Shown: positions 18,328 to 28,160, counted from the first letter of the stretch. The stretch: 50,672 nucleotides of DNA from a virus (IMGVR_UViG_3300028364_000048:1-50672); one strand, 5' to 3'. The notes: generated by a model not told the origin, from the sequence alone. Program-made: numbers and translations.

Positions 18328-19793
18328 TGAAAGAACCCTTTCCAATTGGACACAACAACTTCGTCTACTAGCTTTTTCTTGGTTTTTAGGGCATTCAGTA
18401 TCTTTTCATCTATAGTACCTGGAGTGAACAAATCGATGTATCTTGCTTTTCTTTTTTGACCAATGCGGTGTATGCGATCCTCTGACTGGATACGTCTTTC
18501 AAGCGAGTAGTCATTGCTGTAGTAAATAGCAAGATCAGCAGTGGTAAGCGTGAGCCCCATACCAGCGCTTTGCGGGTTGGCAACAAAAAATCGACCTGGG
18601 TGGCTTGGGTCTTGAAAGTTCTTTGCTGCAACTTCTTTTTTTGCGCTACTCACACCACCGTGAAATTCTATTAAGCTTTCTTTCCCGTATTTGGCCACAA
18701 TCTCTGCAGCTACATCCCTGAGAGTTTGTCTATACGTGGCCCATACTACTACGTTGCCGCTCTCATTCTCAATCAAGTCCATTAATGTAGGTAGACGATT
18801 GTTTTCGATGGAGGCGTATTTCTCATTGCCAAAATCATCCTCGTATTTTAGCTGACCGCAAACAATCTGGTGGAGCTTTACGAGAAGCGTGAGGATGTTT
18901 GTAACCTCGACAGTATCGCCAAGCTCTTCAAGTTCAATGATTGCTTCTTGCTTTAGCTTCTCATACTTCGCGGACTGCAACTTTGTCATCTCCACCGCAA
19001 CGCGCTGATAGATTTTTTCGGGTAAGTCTAACGCGTCTTCTTTTTTTACAACTGACGCAAATGTGCTGATAAGATCAGAAAGCTCACTTTTGTTCTTGTA
19101 GCCTGTCACCACATCAAAGCTTCTATTTCCAAAAGTCTTTTTTTCAACGTCAGCAAAATAGTTTCTAAATGAGTAAAAAGACTTGTGCCCAAGAACTTCT
19201 TCTGTGGGAGCAAGAGCCATTGCTTGGCCAAACAACTCAAGCGGTCCATTTGTTATTGGAGTGCCTGTAAGCAGTCTGCGGTATTTGGCGGCTCTGCAAA
19301 ACTTGACAATAGCTTTGCTTCTCTTGGCCGTGTGTGTTTTAATCATAGAGCTTTCATCAACGCCGTGCATATAGTTTTTACCGACAACGCTGTACAGCTG
19401 TCTCATCATTTCAGTAAGTTTAACTGATATGGCTGACTCGGTATTAAACACGAAAATCTTGAAGCCATCAAACTCAAGAAATGTAGCCCAATCTCTTTTA
19501 AACTGCTTGTTTACCGCTTTTGCCGAGTTGTACCTGAATACTTTATAGTTTATCCTGTCAGGTACATGCGTCGGTATTTCAACCAATTCCATTGTTGGGC
19601 ACATGCCTTTGGTTGTTGATAGAACAAGAGCTTTAATCTCAGAAATCTCGTATAGGTAAGACGCATTGTCTAGCAGCATCTTTGTTTTTCCGGTTCCGGG
19701 CTCGCAGAAAAAACCCCAGTATGGAAGTCTGCTGCAGTGCTCCAAAATATCTCTTTGGTGCTGGTACGGCTTAGTTTTGTATATGTATTCCAT
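18324..19793 (-). CDS. SNF2-family (SF2) helicase
   Basis: EPGTGKT, VDESS, LLTGTP, GMGLTL and QSEDRIHRIGQ motifs. Confidence 0.92.
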   Translation of the reverse strand: MEYIYKTKPYQHQRDILEHCSRLPYWGFFCEPGTGKTKMLLDNASYLYEISEIKALVLSTTKGMCPTMELVEIPTHVPDRINYKVFRYNSAKAVNKQFKRDWATFLEFDGFKIFVFNTESAISVKLTEMMRQLYSVVGKNYMHGVDESSMIKTHTAKRSKAIVKFCRAAKYRRLLTGTPITNGPLELFGQAMALAPTEEVLGHKSFYSFRNYFADVEKKTFGNRSFDVVTGYKNKSELSDLISTFASVVKKEDALDLPEKIYQRVAVEMTKLQSAKYEKLKQEAIIELEELGDTVEVTNILTLLVKLHQIVCGQLKYEDDFGNEKYASIENNRLPTLMDLIENESGNVVVWATYRQTLRDVAAEIVAKYGKESLIEFHGGVSSAKKEVAAKNFQDPSHPGRFFVANPQSAGMGLTLTTADLAIYYSNDYSLERRIQSEDRIHRIGQKRKARYIDLFTPGTIDEKILNALKTKKKLVDEVVVSNWKGFFQ

Positions 19794-19818
19794 ATTGCGC
19801 CTCTGTATTAAAAACAAT

Positions 19819-19841
19819 AGCGGCGCCGGATAGGCGCCGCT
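19819..19841 (-). terminator. Rho-independent terminator after SSB gene
   Basis: AGCGGCGCC-GGATA-GGCGCCGCT stem followed on - strand by ATTGTTTTT. Confidence 0.65.
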
Positions 19842-19857
19842 TTGTAGTCATCCAGCC

Positions 19858-20712
19858 TTAGAACGGAATTTCGTCTTCATTTACATCAGACTTCTCACCG
19901 CTCTGGTTACCTGAACCATTGGTGTAGTTGCCGTCAGACGGTTCTTCAGCAATCTTAATGTTGCCACCCTTGACAAGCTCGTAGTATGACTTTGCTTCGT
20001 CATAGACAGAACGAGACACAGGGTCTTTCACGCGCTCAAAGCTTGGCGACCACCAGCTGTTGTCATTCTTCTCCTCAAGGAACGTTGTAAGATTGTAGGC
20101 GAACATAAACCGTGGAGCCGAGACTGTTGGATGGCCAGGCACTTTTGCCGAGGTGATGGCGTGGTTGAATTTGCGATTGGCACGGAGACCTGTGGACTTA
20201 AGGCCAATGACCATACGCTGCATTTCGCCGGTTTTCTTGTCGAGCATCAGCACGTAGTGGTAGGCCGTCTCTACAACAATCATTGTCGGATTGTCTTTGA
20301 TTACAGATTGCTTCTTCGCGTTCTTGACCGTGTCCTTAAGAATACTGTCATCGTCGTAAACGTCAATCAAGCCACCACCGCTGTCACGGTCAAGCCAAAC
20401 GTTCCATTTCTTGTTGTAATAGGCGGGCACAATAAGAACGCCATCTTTTCGTGCTTCAAACGTTTCGCCAGTAACGTTATTGAAAAGCATCGATGCTCTT
20501 GCGCCTTCGATATAGGCTTCTTTGCCCTCGTTGACTTGCGGCGAGAGACCTTGCAGAATGCCAAGAAACGGGATCGCAATGTCGTTTGCGTCAAGCTCCT
20601 CGTTCCCAAGACCGGCGTCTGCAGTAATAAAGTCAAGATCATAGCCTTCCATTCCTGATGGAAGACCAGCATCTTTCTTGACAACAACTTCGTTTTTCTT
20701 TGTATCGGCCAT
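19858..20712 (-). CDS. Putative single-stranded DNA-binding protein
   Basis: Acidic C-terminus ending EDEIPF; IPFLGILQGLSPQV motif; replication-module context. Confidence 0.7.
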   Translation of the reverse strand: MADTKKNEVVVKKDAGLPSGMEGYDLDFITADAGLGNEELDANDIAIPFLGILQGLSPQVNEGKEAYIEGARASMLFNNVTGETFEARKDGVLIVPAYYNKKWNVWLDRDSGGGLIDVYDDDSILKDTVKNAKKQSVIKDNPTMIVVETAYHYVLMLDKKTGEMQRMVIGLKSTGLRANRKFNHAITSAKVPGHPTVSAPRFMFAYNLTTFLEEKNDNSWWSPSFERVKDPVSRSVYDEAKSYYELVKGGNIKIAEEPSDGNYTNGSGNQSGEKSDVNEDEIPF

Positions 20713-20715
20713 GAA

Positions 20716-21303
20716 CTATTTCCTTTTTATCTTGGCTTCGTTGATTGTATAGGTCGTGATGCAGTCAGGTATTTTTTCGCCTGACTCGTAAAGCTCACGC
20801 ACGAGAGCACGTAATGTTTGCCAGTGGACTGATGGCTTCAGTGAGTAGTTAATGCCAAATCCCTCAAGCCGCTTTGCAATAGCCTCGGCCTGGTCGAGGT
20901 GGCCTTTCGCCACTGGTATTGTCAGAGCCGGCGTAATAACGCCAGATCGTTTGGTTTCCTTGAGCCAGACAAGAGCAGCATCCTCGTTGTCTTTTTTTAT
21001 GTTTCCAACGTACTTCATTGACACAGAAAGCTTAGATCCATTTTCAAGCTCAATAGACTTAAGATCCGCGGCTGACATGGCTTCAGGTAGGAAACCTTCA
21101 CGGATCACGCGTAGACTTTCATGGGCGTTTTTAGAAAGGGTGGTAAGAGCCTCAATAAAGTCTTCAAGCTCCATCATGCGAAGAGAAAGACGAGTGATGC
21201 TTTTAAGCCCGTCATCATCGAGATTAAGTTCTGCATTTTTCTCAATTACGCCAGCGTCAGCTAGCGCTTTACTCACGACGTCGTCGTAGTCACTTGTCAT
21301 CAT
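20716..21303 (-). CDS. Conserved phage replication-module protein
   Basis: LPEAM...LENGSKL...VHWQTLRALVRE pattern of the gene commonly found beside this SSB type. Confidence 0.6.
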   Translation of the reverse strand: MMTSDYDDVVSKALADAGVIEKNAELNLDDDGLKSITRLSLRMMELEDFIEALTTLSKNAHESLRVIREGFLPEAMSAADLKSIELENGSKLSVSMKYVGNIKKDNEDAALVWLKETKRSGVITPALTIPVAKGHLDQAEAIAKRLEGFGINYSLKPSVHWQTLRALVRELYESGEKIPDCITTYTINEAKIKRK

Positions 21304-21637
21304 TTTCATCCGATGCATCATAGGTTTTGACAGAGTAGCTCTGCCTGTATTTGTCCCACTCAAGAAAGCTGATACTTTCTTTTTGCTGCAGTTCAAATTC
21401 TTCTGATAAGCAAATGCAAACAACTGCGACAACAATCGGGCTACCAACAGGTAAGAAATAGTCGTTGTCAAAGTCAAAGTCAGAGAAAAATTCTCTTGCC
21501 GCGTCAGCAATAATCTTTACGTCAACAATGTTTACACCTAACGGGAACAAAACATTGAGTTCGCCAAATTCTGAAGCTGTAGTGAAGTCGTGGTTTGCTT
21601 GCTTAACAATTGTGTATACTGTCATTTCGTTCTCCAT
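21290..21637 (-). CDS. Hypothetical protein
   Basis: Full ORF with AEFGEL-like, DYFLPVGSP and LEWDK blocks. Confidence 0.6.
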   Translation of the reverse strand: MENEMTVYTIVKQANHDFTTASEFGELNVLFPLGVNIVDVKIIADAAREFFSDFDFDNDYFLPVGSPIVVAVVCICLSEEFELQQKESISFLEWDKYRQSYSVKTYDASDENDDK

Positions 21638-21698
21638 ATGTATAAGGACATCTATATCATGTCCTGATTTTGCGCGATATCCCTGAAATGTCGTTTTA

Positions 21699-22127
21699 TC
21701 AACTTTTGTTTATCAGGGTCTTTGCAACGTTTTGCATAGATAGTTTAGCAAGCGTTCCGGACAAATGAATAAAAGGCGGATCAACGTCTGATACCTTTAC
21801 CCTGTTCCATTTTTTATAGGGCTCAAGCTTTGTATCAACAAAACAAGAAGCTTCCCAGATCATAAGTTCGTTTGCCTCGCAAAGAGCCATAACAAAGATG
21901 CCTTTTCCATTCGTGTATCTCAGTCTCTTTTTGTAGAAAGGTATCTGAAACTTTTCAAAGTAAATGAATTCTCCTTTTGCAACCTTTGTTTCGATTAAGA
22001 ACTGCTTACCGCCGCCTGCAGCGGAAACGTCTGGGAAGCCCGCGCCTAGAGAGTTTTCAATTCTTTCAAGGTGCAGCACGCCCGACATTTTTCGGACGTG
22101 CCTCTGGTAGAAGTCTTTCTCAAGCAC
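21699..22127 (-). CDS. VRR-NUC / PD-(D/E)XK nuclease (Holliday-junction resolvase-like)
   Basis: RIEN..GAGFPDV...FLIETK...Q motif. Confidence 0.8.
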   Translation of the reverse strand: MLEKDFYQRHVRKMSGVLHLERIENSLGAGFPDVSAAGGGKQFLIETKVAKGEFIYFEKFQIPFYKKRLRYTNGKGIFVMALCEANELMIWEASCFVDTKLEPYKKWNRVKVSDVDPPFIHLSGTLAKLSMQNVAKTLINKS

Positions 22128-22488
22128 TAGGCAAAACCTTGCAAAACTCAGAAAGGTCGGAAATGGTTCCTTTTATGAGTAGTTCACCACGGTCATATCC
22201 AACGACGAACTTGTTGTCAGGTGATCCCCACTCTTTCTCGTCGAACTCCATTTCGCTCCCGATAAGTATCCTGATGCCGGCTTTGTCTAAAAGACCTGTC
22301 CAGCTACCTTGCTTTCCCATTGGGGGTGTTGTCCATAATTTTGCCGCGTAATCAACCAAACTCTCAAACGTTTCCCTGTTGAGAGCCACAGTCATGTTTT
22401 CATGGTGATTGGCGGCTAGCCACAGTTGATAGTGGTCGTGGCCAACATATACACCGTCACCAATGTATTGCGTGTCTGCTGTAATCAT
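22120..22488 (-). CDS. Hypothetical protein
   Basis: YIGDGVYV..D..QLWL block; GGAGG RBS. Confidence 0.6.
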   Translation of the reverse strand: MITADTQYIGDGVYVGHDHYQLWLAANHHENMTVALNRETFESLVDYAAKLWTTPPMGKQGSWTGLLDKAGIRILIGSEMEFDEKEWGSPDNKFVVGYDRGELLIKGTISDLSEFCKVLPSA

Positions 22489-22718
22489 GGCAGGTATCTT
22501 CCTCCGGAGTTGACAACGCCCTCAGGCACTGGCAGGTTACGTTTTTTCTTTGGGTGGCGAGCGCGGTCTTGCGCAACTTGCATTTCGGCGCGGCGCCAAA
22601 TATAGTCAGACAGCTTTTGCCCAACAACTTCCTTGGTGAAACCCTTGGCAGCATACCACTGCTCGCGCAGCCGCTGCTCGAACTGGTCTTTGGCTGGAAT
22701 GCCTTTGTATCCTGGCAC
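22485..22718 (-). CDS. Hypothetical protein (GTG start inferred)
   Basis: AAAGGA RBS before GTG; ATGA overlap with next gene. Confidence 0.45.
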   Translation of the reverse strand: MPGYKGIPAKDQFEQRLREQWYAAKGFTKEVVGQKLSDYIWRRAEMQVAQDRARHPKKKRNLPVPEGVVNSGGRYLP

Positions 22719-22790
22719 ATCTTTTCCTTTGTATTGTGTGTATTTATCATACAGCAGATTTGATTTAGTTGTAATCTCTGAAATAGGGTG

Positions 22791-22813
22791 GAGGGGCCGA
22801 AGCCCCTCTTTTT
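22791..22813 (-). terminator. Hairpin terminator after cassette gene 22813..23115
   Basis: GAGGGGC-CGAA-GCCCCTC stem (TTCG loop on - strand); near-identical hairpin at 38316. Confidence 0.6.
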
Positions 22814-23115
22814 TAATCCTTGAAGCGGATGTTCGTCTTGCTAAATTTTGGGTGGTTGTCGTAGCGACCGAATTGAACGTTGATTTTGCCGTCTGAGGTG
22901 CTCTGGACCGTACCGCCCCACCACTTCGTCCCTGTGCGGTAGCAGCCCTCGATGCCCCTGGCGAAGATCCAGTCATACTTGGTGGAAAGTGTGGCCTCAA
23001 CTGTCCGAGTCTCGCCGAAGATGGTCAGCTCGACCGTTCCGGGGATGCTGTTGTTCTTGTTCTCTTCCCCAGTGGCGACGAAGGTCTCGCGGGCGATTGT
23101 GATCTGGCTGGTCAT
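22813..23115 (-). CDS. Small early protein (cassette gene)
   Basis: CAGGAGATACTCAG-ATG leader after promoter copy 3. Confidence 0.65.
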   Translation of the reverse strand: MTSQITIARETFVATGEENKNNSIPGTVELTIFGETRTVEATLSTKYDWIFARGIEGCYRTGTKWWGGTVQSTSDGKINVQFGRYDNHPKFSKTNIRFKD

Positions 23116-23137
23116 CTGAGTATCTCCTGGTATGTGT

Positions 23138-23180
23138 GTGTCCGTAAGTATAGAATACAGCGCCTACGTGGCGCTGTACA
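23138..23180 (-). promoter_or_regulatory. Repeated early promoter element, copy 3 (stem-loop spacer)
   Basis: TGTACA-N17-TATTCT-ATACTTACGGACAC; 9-bp inverted repeat TACAGCGCC/GGCGCTGTA. Confidence 0.8.
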
Positions 23181-23183
23181 CAC

Positions 23184-23657
23184 TTATTTTGCGTCTTTCC
23201 TAACTATTTTTTTCGCCATATTGATGTGAAGAGCACTCTTTGCCGCAAAGCAATGCACTTGGCCACCTTCTACAGCCAAAACGTGGCTATTGGTATACAC
23301 AAGCCAAGTTCCTTGGCCAATGATATCAGGGAACATGGTTAGCTGCCTGGTTGTCAATTTTTTGACATGGTAATTTTTAGCGGCAAGCTTCTTCAACCTG
23401 TCTTTGATGTAGCCAAAGTCATCAAACGCGTTAAAGCCAAGGCTTGCAACGGCAGTGTCTATCTGATGAAAGTACGTTACACCACGAGTCTTACGTCCAC
23501 AATTCGCTAAAGCACAAAGAGCCGTAGCGTAGTTTACGCCACACGCAACAGCCAATGCTTTAACAGCGCAGTCATTTTTTTCGTGGAAAAAGTCAGAAGC
23601 TTTTTGCATTGCGTCGTACCGACCACACTTCACTTGATTTTTTCTTACATATTCCAT
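23184..23657 (-). CDS. Cassette gene with Cys/His papain-like peptidase-type signature
   Basis: NDCAVKALAVA...WLVYTNSHVLAVEGG pattern. Confidence 0.5.
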   Translation of the reverse strand: MEYVRKNQVKCGRYDAMQKASDFFHEKNDCAVKALAVACGVNYATALCALANCGRKTRGVTYFHQIDTAVASLGFNAFDDFGYIKDRLKKLAAKNYHVKKLTTRQLTMFPDIIGQGTWLVYTNSHVLAVEGGQVHCFAAKSALHINMAKKIVRKDAK

Positions 23658-23675
23658 AGGTGTATCCGTTTGCTT

Positions 23676-23718
23676 GTATTCCTAAGACTAGGGTATCTCA
23701 TATTTAAGCGGCTGTAAA
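23676..23718 (-). promoter_or_regulatory. Repeated early promoter element, copy 4
   Basis: TTTACA-N17-TACCCT-AGTCTTAGGAATAC. Confidence 0.8.
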
Positions 23719-23722
23719 CACT

Positions 23723-25738
23723 TTATTTGGCGTCACCCCAGTTGTCAAGGAGCTTAGCGTCAGCAATAAATGGGATGCGGAAGCCGTAATGCCTTGCCAT
23801 AGCTTGCTCCATGACGTTAGAAAGTATGACGGCTTCTTCCTCGTTTCCGTAGATATTAATCTCGTCGTGAACAGCCATTTCCGCAACAATGCCGTGATCC
23901 TCATAAAGGTCAACAAGGGCATGTTTGGTTTGGTCAGCGGCTGTTCCCTGAACTATAGCGTTGAAAACCTTGTGAAGAAAAGCGCGTTCAAAATCATCGC
24001 CAAGTTGTCCACGAGCTTCCTCAATATCATCAAATGTATGGTTGTATCCCCAGGCCTTCCGAGCTTCCCATGATTTGGCTTGAAACTTGTTAAACCTTCG
24101 CCGCCTGCCTGAGGCTGTTTTAATGTAGCCACGATCTTGCACAAGCTGCTGCAACGCGTGTATAACTTCTTTAAGGAAAGGTGCTCCTTTGTAATACACT
24201 TCTTTGAGTTCCTTAGCTTCCTTCAGGGATAGCGCCATGGTATGCGCAAGCTTTGGGTCTCCCATCCCATAAAGAATGCCGAAGTTGAGATTTTTAAGAG
24301 GTAGTCGCTCTAGGTGTTGTTGCGTCATGTCCATGATTATTTTACCAACCATGCCGTGAAAATCAGTCCTGGGTGCTTTAATGAATATCTGCATCATGTC
24401 TTCGGCGCCTGTCAACCCGCGACCTTGCTTCATATCAACTTTGCCGTCTATGTCAATACGCAGCTTTGCACTTATCTCAATGCTAATCTTTGCTTCTTGT
24501 CCTGAAAAGTCAGCGTGTATAAATTTCTTACCTTCAGGCGCGATGAAGCAACCACGTATAATCGGTGTGTGAACCTTGTTGCGACCGGGTATTTGCTGAA
24601 GGTTAACCCGACGACTCGCCATGCGTCCAGATTTTGTGCCACCTTCTTCAGTTGGAAGCTGCATCCAGTTTGGGTGTATTCGAGAGTTGACCTCAGCATC
24701 TATAAAGTTTTCAATAAAGTCGTTGGACATCTTTTTTGAAACACGCAGGTCGAGCAAAGTTTCGCAAAGTATATCACCGGGGTGCGCCTCAAGCCATTCG
24801 TTGCCAACTGATGGGCCAAACCTAGTTGACGGAACATTGTCATAGCCAAGCTCTTCCATGAGTTGTCCGACACGACTAGATGCCCAGTAATTTAGGTCTC
24901 TCCGGATGATTGAGTACAGCTCTTCATATTTATTCCTAATGCGATTGTCATACCAAATTTTTGCCTTGTGCACTTTCTCCATGTCAAGAAGCGCACCTTT
25001 TTTGCGCATCTTCCATAGCAGTGGCTGAAGCTTCTGCTCAAGACTAAACACATTCTCAAGACCATCGCGCTGCATCAATGCCTGTTGCTTCATGAAGATC
25101 TCAATGGGCTTTATCGCGTCGCCCTCCGCATACTCGGCAACATATTTTGCAGGTATCCAACGCATATTCTTTTTTGGATCAGCGGAATATGCCAAAGCAG
25201 CTTCAATCAACCTGCCCTCGTCCTTGCCTTCACCGAGGTAAGACTTAGCTATCGACTCGAGTGAATACCCGTCTTTGCGTTCTTCGTCAAGCAAAGGCTC
25301 TGCAACCTGAACATCACACCAAGGACCAAGTATTTCAACGCCAACTGAGTCTAGGCTTTCAGCGTCATACTGAAGGTTTGCCCCGCACTTTTGCTCATCA
25401 CCACCAAGCACGTGCTTAAGGTATCTGGCAACTTGGTCGATGTCACAGTTTTCGGTGTCAACGTGTCTCAAGGGTAGGTAAAGACTTAGCCCGTCGTCAT
25501 TAGCGAGACTCACACCGATCAACTGGGCGTCTCCACGGATAAATCCGGGACCTTTGGTTGTAAGGTGTGGGTCATCAGTTTCGGTGTCAACGCCAATGAT
25601 GTAGGAGCCGCGAAGGTCTGGCCACTCGCTTGACGGTGTTGGCTTCCAGTCGGGCTCGTCAAGAAACCCGGGCAGCGGAAGCTGCCCGAGTTGCTTTACT
25701 GTTTTTGCTCGGCCTGTGCTTGGGTATTTTTTCTTCAT
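23723..25738 (-). CDS. polA: DNA polymerase family A with 3'-5' exonuclease
   Basis: Exo VDTET; TKSGRMAS..VNLQQIP; motif A DFSGQE; motif B R...KNLNFGILYG; motif C VHDE. Confidence 0.95.
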   Translation of the reverse strand: MKKKYPSTGRAKTVKQLGQLPLPGFLDEPDWKPTPSSEWPDLRGSYIIGVDTETDDPHLTTKGPGFIRGDAQLIGVSLANDDGLSLYLPLRHVDTENCDIDQVARYLKHVLGGDEQKCGANLQYDAESLDSVGVEILGPWCDVQVAEPLLDEERKDGYSLESIAKSYLGEGKDEGRLIEAALAYSADPKKNMRWIPAKYVAEYAEGDAIKPIEIFMKQQALMQRDGLENVFSLEQKLQPLLWKMRKKGALLDMEKVHKAKIWYDNRIRNKYEELYSIIRRDLNYWASSRVGQLMEELGYDNVPSTRFGPSVGNEWLEAHPGDILCETLLDLRVSKKMSNDFIENFIDAEVNSRIHPNWMQLPTEEGGTKSGRMASRRVNLQQIPGRNKVHTPIIRGCFIAPEGKKFIHADFSGQEAKISIEISAKLRIDIDGKVDMKQGRGLTGAEDMMQIFIKAPRTDFHGMVGKIIMDMTQQHLERLPLKNLNFGILYGMGDPKLAHTMALSLKEAKELKEVYYKGAPFLKEVIHALQQLVQDRGYIKTASGRRRRFNKFQAKSWEARKAWGYNHTFDDIEEARGQLGDDFERAFLHKVFNAIVQGTAADQTKHALVDLYEDHGIVAEMAVHDEINIYGNEEEAVILSNVMEQAMARHYGFRIPFIADAKLLDNWGDAK

Positions 25739-25986
25739 GCTGCGTCAACCAATACTTGGACGTCACTCAAGAAAGTGCAGAATTCTTCGTGAGAAGTGAT
25801 ATTAGCGGGGGCAACGACGTTAACTTGAACCTGCCAAACCTTCAAGGTTTTCGGGTCAACCGTGCATTTGTTGGTGTAGATTACCGAAAAAATATCAGTG
25901 GCATCAAGCCCGGCCTCGATTAAGTCTTTTTTTGCGATCACTGCGTCAGCATATGTCTTTGTGTCTGTAAAAATACCCATGGTCAT
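25735..25986 (-). CDS. Small early protein (cassette gene)
   Basis: AAGGAG RBS after promoter copy 5; ATGA overlap with polA. Confidence 0.6.
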   Translation of the reverse strand: MTMGIFTDTKTYADAVIAKKDLIEAGLDATDIFSVIYTNKCTVDPKTLKVWQVQVNVVAPANITSHEEFCTFLSDVQVLVDAA

Positions 25987-26014
25987 TGCTTTACTCCTTG
26001 ATGTATGTTTGTAT

Positions 26015-26057
26015 GTGTTCGTAGTATTAGAATACAGCGCCGTGTAGGCGCTGTACA
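26015..26057 (-). promoter_or_regulatory. Repeated early promoter element, copy 5 (stem-loop spacer)
   Basis: TGTACA-N17-TATTCT-AATACTACGAACAC; same 9-bp inverted repeat as copy 3. Confidence 0.75.
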
Positions 26058-26065
26058 CACTTATT

Positions 26066-26305
26066 TTAGTCCCAGGCACCTTTTTTGCTAAGCCGCTTGA
26101 AGTCAGCGCGGCATTCTTTTGCCACGGCACCACGCCAGTTATGCATGTTGTTCAGGATATAGATGCACTGAACGCGGCACGCCTCTGGTTGGTGCATATC
26201 AAGCCCAGACAAGGCGTATCCGACAGCGTAGTTAAGGCTTTTCTCGGCGCGGTTGTCACAGACATGCTGACATGCACTGTGGAAGATTGCAAGAGTATCT
26301 GTCAT
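26066..26305 (-). CDS. Small early protein (cassette gene)
   Basis: GGAGATACTCAG-ATG leader; VQCIYILNNMHNWRG block. Confidence 0.65.
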   Translation of the reverse strand: MTDTLAIFHSACQHVCDNRAEKSLNYAVGYALSGLDMHQPEACRVQCIYILNNMHNWRGAVAKECRADFKRLSKKGAWD

Positions 26306-26325
26306 CTGAGTATCTCCAAGTTGGT

Positions 26326-26368
26326 GTGTCCTTAAGAATAGGGTATACTGTAAATGAATGGGCGTACA
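26326..26368 (-). promoter_or_regulatory. Repeated early promoter element, copy 6
   Basis: TGTACG-N17-TACCCT-ATTCTTAAGGACAC. Confidence 0.7.
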
Positions 26369-26392
26369 CTTAAAAGTGCACGCCCGATCATA

Positions 26393-26638
26393 TTAAACTG
26401 TTGCCACGATGCTGACGCCGTGGCCGGAGATATCTGCCGCCATTTCAATATTGCCACCCCAACCCATCGCACTGCCGAGAATTTTCTGGGAGGCATTGTA
26501 GGCGCGATCCTGGATCTTGTCACTCACGTGGCCGATGCAGAGTGTGTGGCGGTAACCGTCATACTTGATTGTTACCGTCATCTTGGTGATTTTCTTAACT
26601 GCTTTTGCGGCTTTGATCATTTCTTTAAGGTTGGTCAT
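26393..26638 (-). CDS. Small early protein (cassette gene)
   Basis: CAGGAGATACTCAG-ATG leader after promoter copy 7. Confidence 0.6.
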   Translation of the reverse strand: MTNLKEMIKAAKAVKKITKMTVTIKYDGYRHTLCIGHVSDKIQDRAYNASQKILGSAMGWGGNIEMAADISGHGVSIVATV

Positions 26639-26660
26639 CTGAGTATCTCCTGGTATGTTT

Positions 26661-26703
26661 GTGTCCGTAAGAATAGAATACATCAAGGCATAGCCACTGT
26701 AAA
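26661..26703 (-). promoter_or_regulatory. Repeated early promoter element, copy 7
   Basis: TTTACA-N17-TATTCT-ATTCTTACGGACAC. Confidence 0.8.
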
Positions 26704-26726
26704 CACTTATTTTGCGTTTTGCCTAA

Positions 26727-27161
26727 CTATTTTGGAATAAACTTAAACCACTCAAGTCCTGCGTCTAGCCACCAACGTCTCGCAGTCGAGTGTGGGTAGT
26801 CTTCAAGAAATACAATGCGCTTGCAACCAGTCATCAGCAACAGCTTTGTGCAGTCGTTGCATGGGCTTGCCGTGATATAAGCCGTTGCAATTTTTGACAC
26901 GTCATAGCAGTGAAGCAACGCGGCCTGTTCAGCGTGTGACGCTCGGCAAGAACTTAGGTCAGTCCCAGACGCAGCTGAAGCGGCAATGCACGGATCATCA
27001 ATGCAGTGCATTTGACCGGGAGACACCCCATTGAAACCAGTTGCAAGAATTCTGTTTTTGTCATCAACCAGAATACAGCCGACTTTTCGACGAGCGCAAG
27101 TGCCACGCGAGGCAACCAGAGAAACCATGGATGCATAGTATTCATCATTTGTTGGTCGCAC
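26727..27161 (-). CDS. dCMP deaminase
   Basis: TC.RRKVGC, GFNG, HAEQ and SPCNDC zinc-deaminase motifs; GTG start. Confidence 0.92.
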   Translation of the reverse strand: MRPTNDEYYASMVSLVASRGTCARRKVGCILVDDKNRILATGFNGVSPGQMHCIDDPCIAASAASGTDLSSCRASHAEQAALLHCYDVSKIATAYITASPCNDCTKLLLMTGCKRIVFLEDYPHSTARRWWLDAGLEWFKFIPK

Positions 27162-27364
27162 TACACCAGACCTTTGTCAATGGCAAACTGCTCTTCCATG
27201 GAAATGACAAAGACATTTTGCATCCTTTCGTGCGGCTGTACTTCAATCATAGAAAGAGGGAGCCACACTGCGTCCCTGTCGCTTTTACTTTCCGACACTA
27301 AAACCGCCCTTTCTGTTCGGGCGTGGATGTAGAAGTCAATATCGATTATTGTTGATCTTGACAT
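27161..27364 (-). CDS. Hypothetical protein
   Basis: TERAVLV...VWLPLSMIE...A.DKGL block; coupled to neighbours. Confidence 0.6.
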   Translation of the reverse strand: MSRSTIIDIDFYIHARTERAVLVSESKSDRDAVWLPLSMIEVQPHERMQNVFVISMEEQFAIDKGLV

Positions 27365-27365
27365 T

Positions 27366-28160
27366 TTAAAGCTCCAATATGCCGCTGCGCGAACCATCGC
27401 TTGCACAAGAATATAGACGGTCAAGAAACTGCGACGGAGGCAAAGAAGCAATGTTGTTGAAGTTAACGTCTTCTAGTTCGTAGTCCCATGCGGTAACAAT
27501 TTTGTTCACAGACTCAAAGTCTTTGTCGTAAAGATGGGCGGAACCAAGTGTTAAGTAAAGGTTTCCAAGCTCGAGGCTACGGCCGCAGCTGTAGTGATGA
27601 CGCAAAATCGACAGAATATAAGCTGAGGTAAGTGAAAACAGAATGCTGTCGTATGGCAACCCCATGTAAGCGTCGCTTGACCTCATCATTGCAACGCAAT
27701 GGATCACACCACCACGGATAAGAAACTGAAGTGACAAGGTGCAAGGGATGTCTTTGCTTGGCCCTGGACGCTCACGCCAAATATTGATAACTGCTTGACG
27801 GGAGCCTTTATCGTCGGCCAATGTTTTGCACACGTACGAGAGTTGGTCAACAATTTTGGGACCGTACGCGCCAGACATAAAGTAGCCGTCGTCGGAGTAT
27901 GGTGACATCTTACCAAAAGGGTGGATATCCGACAACAGGTTTTTGCCAGACAAAATCCACCAGGGCTCTGCAGCCGCAAACCTAAAGCCAAGATTTCTTT
28001 CCCCTACGCTTGGAACCGGGTTTGACATTGGCACCGTATACTTTGCACCAATTATTTCGCGGAAGTTGAGACCACGGGCCTGTTCGTCGGATCCTCTTTT
28101 CATGATTGTATCGAGGTGTCCAAGGTAGGCTTGGCTTGAAAAATTAGTGTATATGGTCAT
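27366..28160 (-). CDS. Thymidylate-synthase-fold enzyme, probable dCMP hydroxymethylase/methylase
   Basis: SRQAV, DIPCT (catalytic Cys), MRSSD...GLPYD (Asp where ThyA has Asn), SAHLY. Confidence 0.8.
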   Translation of the reverse strand: MTIYTNFSSQAYLGHLDTIMKRGSDEQARGLNFREIIGAKYTVPMSNPVPSVGERNLGFRFAAAEPWWILSGKNLLSDIHPFGKMSPYSDDGYFMSGAYGPKIVDQLSYVCKTLADDKGSRQAVINIWRERPGPSKDIPCTLSLQFLIRGGVIHCVAMMRSSDAYMGLPYDSILFSLTSAYILSILRHHYSCGRSLELGNLYLTLGSAHLYDKDFESVNKIVTAWDYELEDVNFNNIASLPPSQFLDRLYSCASDGSRSGILEL

